NCBI GenBank assembly: GCA_951406725.2
Contig: OX597832.1
Span: 49,848,001-49,912,000, forward strand
Direction of reading: 5' to 3'
Length of the DNA: 64,000 nt
Origin: Octopus vulgaris
Lineage: Eukaryota
The translations under genes were made by a program, and so were the position numbers. Of the stretch, positions 63,398 to 64,000 are shown piece by piece. Positions within the stretch are counted from its first letter, which is position 1, and every line of letters starts with the position of its first letter. Below the pieces are notes generated by a model that was not told the origin of the DNA, did not search any database, and was given only the letters and a program-made list of their open reading frames with translations.

Positions 63398-64000
63398 TTT
63401 TGATCCATCGTTTTAACGTCTAATTTTCCCTGCTTGCATGGGTCAGAAGGAGTTTACTGAGGCCGATTTCCTATAGCCAGATGCCCCTCCTGTTGCCAAC
63501 CCTGACCTGTTTTCAAACTAGATAAGAGTTCCCCATGGCCAGTTATGTTCTTGCAAAAATACTAGAAATGAATGACACTGCTTGTATGGCAGGGACACCA
63601 CTATCAATTATAAGAGAATGTGCAACCTATAGCAAAAATCACCACTGACATAATATATGACTGATTTAAACCATCACTGCCTGTTCATTTTTTTTTTCAT
63701 GCTGGTATGGGTTAGAGACTTGATGTTGGAAGACCTCAAATGCATGAGGACTAGTTGCACAGAAAAAGAGACTATACCGGCAGAAGCTTGCAACCTTAAA
63801 TATCTCACAACATAGGAGAAACTAAGTTTTTTTACAAGAATATGGAACAAACAAATCCAAAGAAGCAGGCTTCATTAGCATAACATACCTAATCTAATGA
63901 ACCTTTCTACTATAGGTAGAAGGTTTGAAATTTGAAGGGGCTAGTCGATTACATTGACTCCAGTGCTCAGCTGGTTTTTATTTTGTTGAGTCTGAAAGGA

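Overview
AT-rich, repeat-dense animal genomic DNA. The SINE families, (TA)n/(CA)n tracts and Penelope-type fold-backs resemble a cephalopod (Octopus-like) genome; this is an inference. Only one host exon is recognisable: coding exon 1 of RSF1 (remodeling and spacing factor 1) on the minus strand at 13807-13663. Positions 1-13662 are therefore probably its intron 1. Almost all other ORFs in the track are artefacts of SINEs and microsatellites. The rest is a mosaic of mobile DNA: at least four SINE-like families; LINE relics (RTE, BovB-like RTE, R4/Dong-like, CR1); DNA transposon relics (hAT, two Tc1/mariner); piggyBac-, Merlin- and Mutator-like MITEs; two non-autonomous Helitrons; and a solo LTR with a 4-bp TSD carrying NRF1 and ETS motifs. 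The main unannotated signal is about ten type I hammerhead ribozyme motifs (CUGANGA...GAAA...UH). They lie in short non-coding fold-back elements, mostly within (TA)n tracts. Helix II ranges from 14 to about 105 nt, a CCGAUGA core variant recurs, one perfect inverted repeat encodes an intact hammerhead on both strands, and one hairpin turns at the predicted cleavage site. Coordinates were read by eye and repeat ends may be off by several bases.
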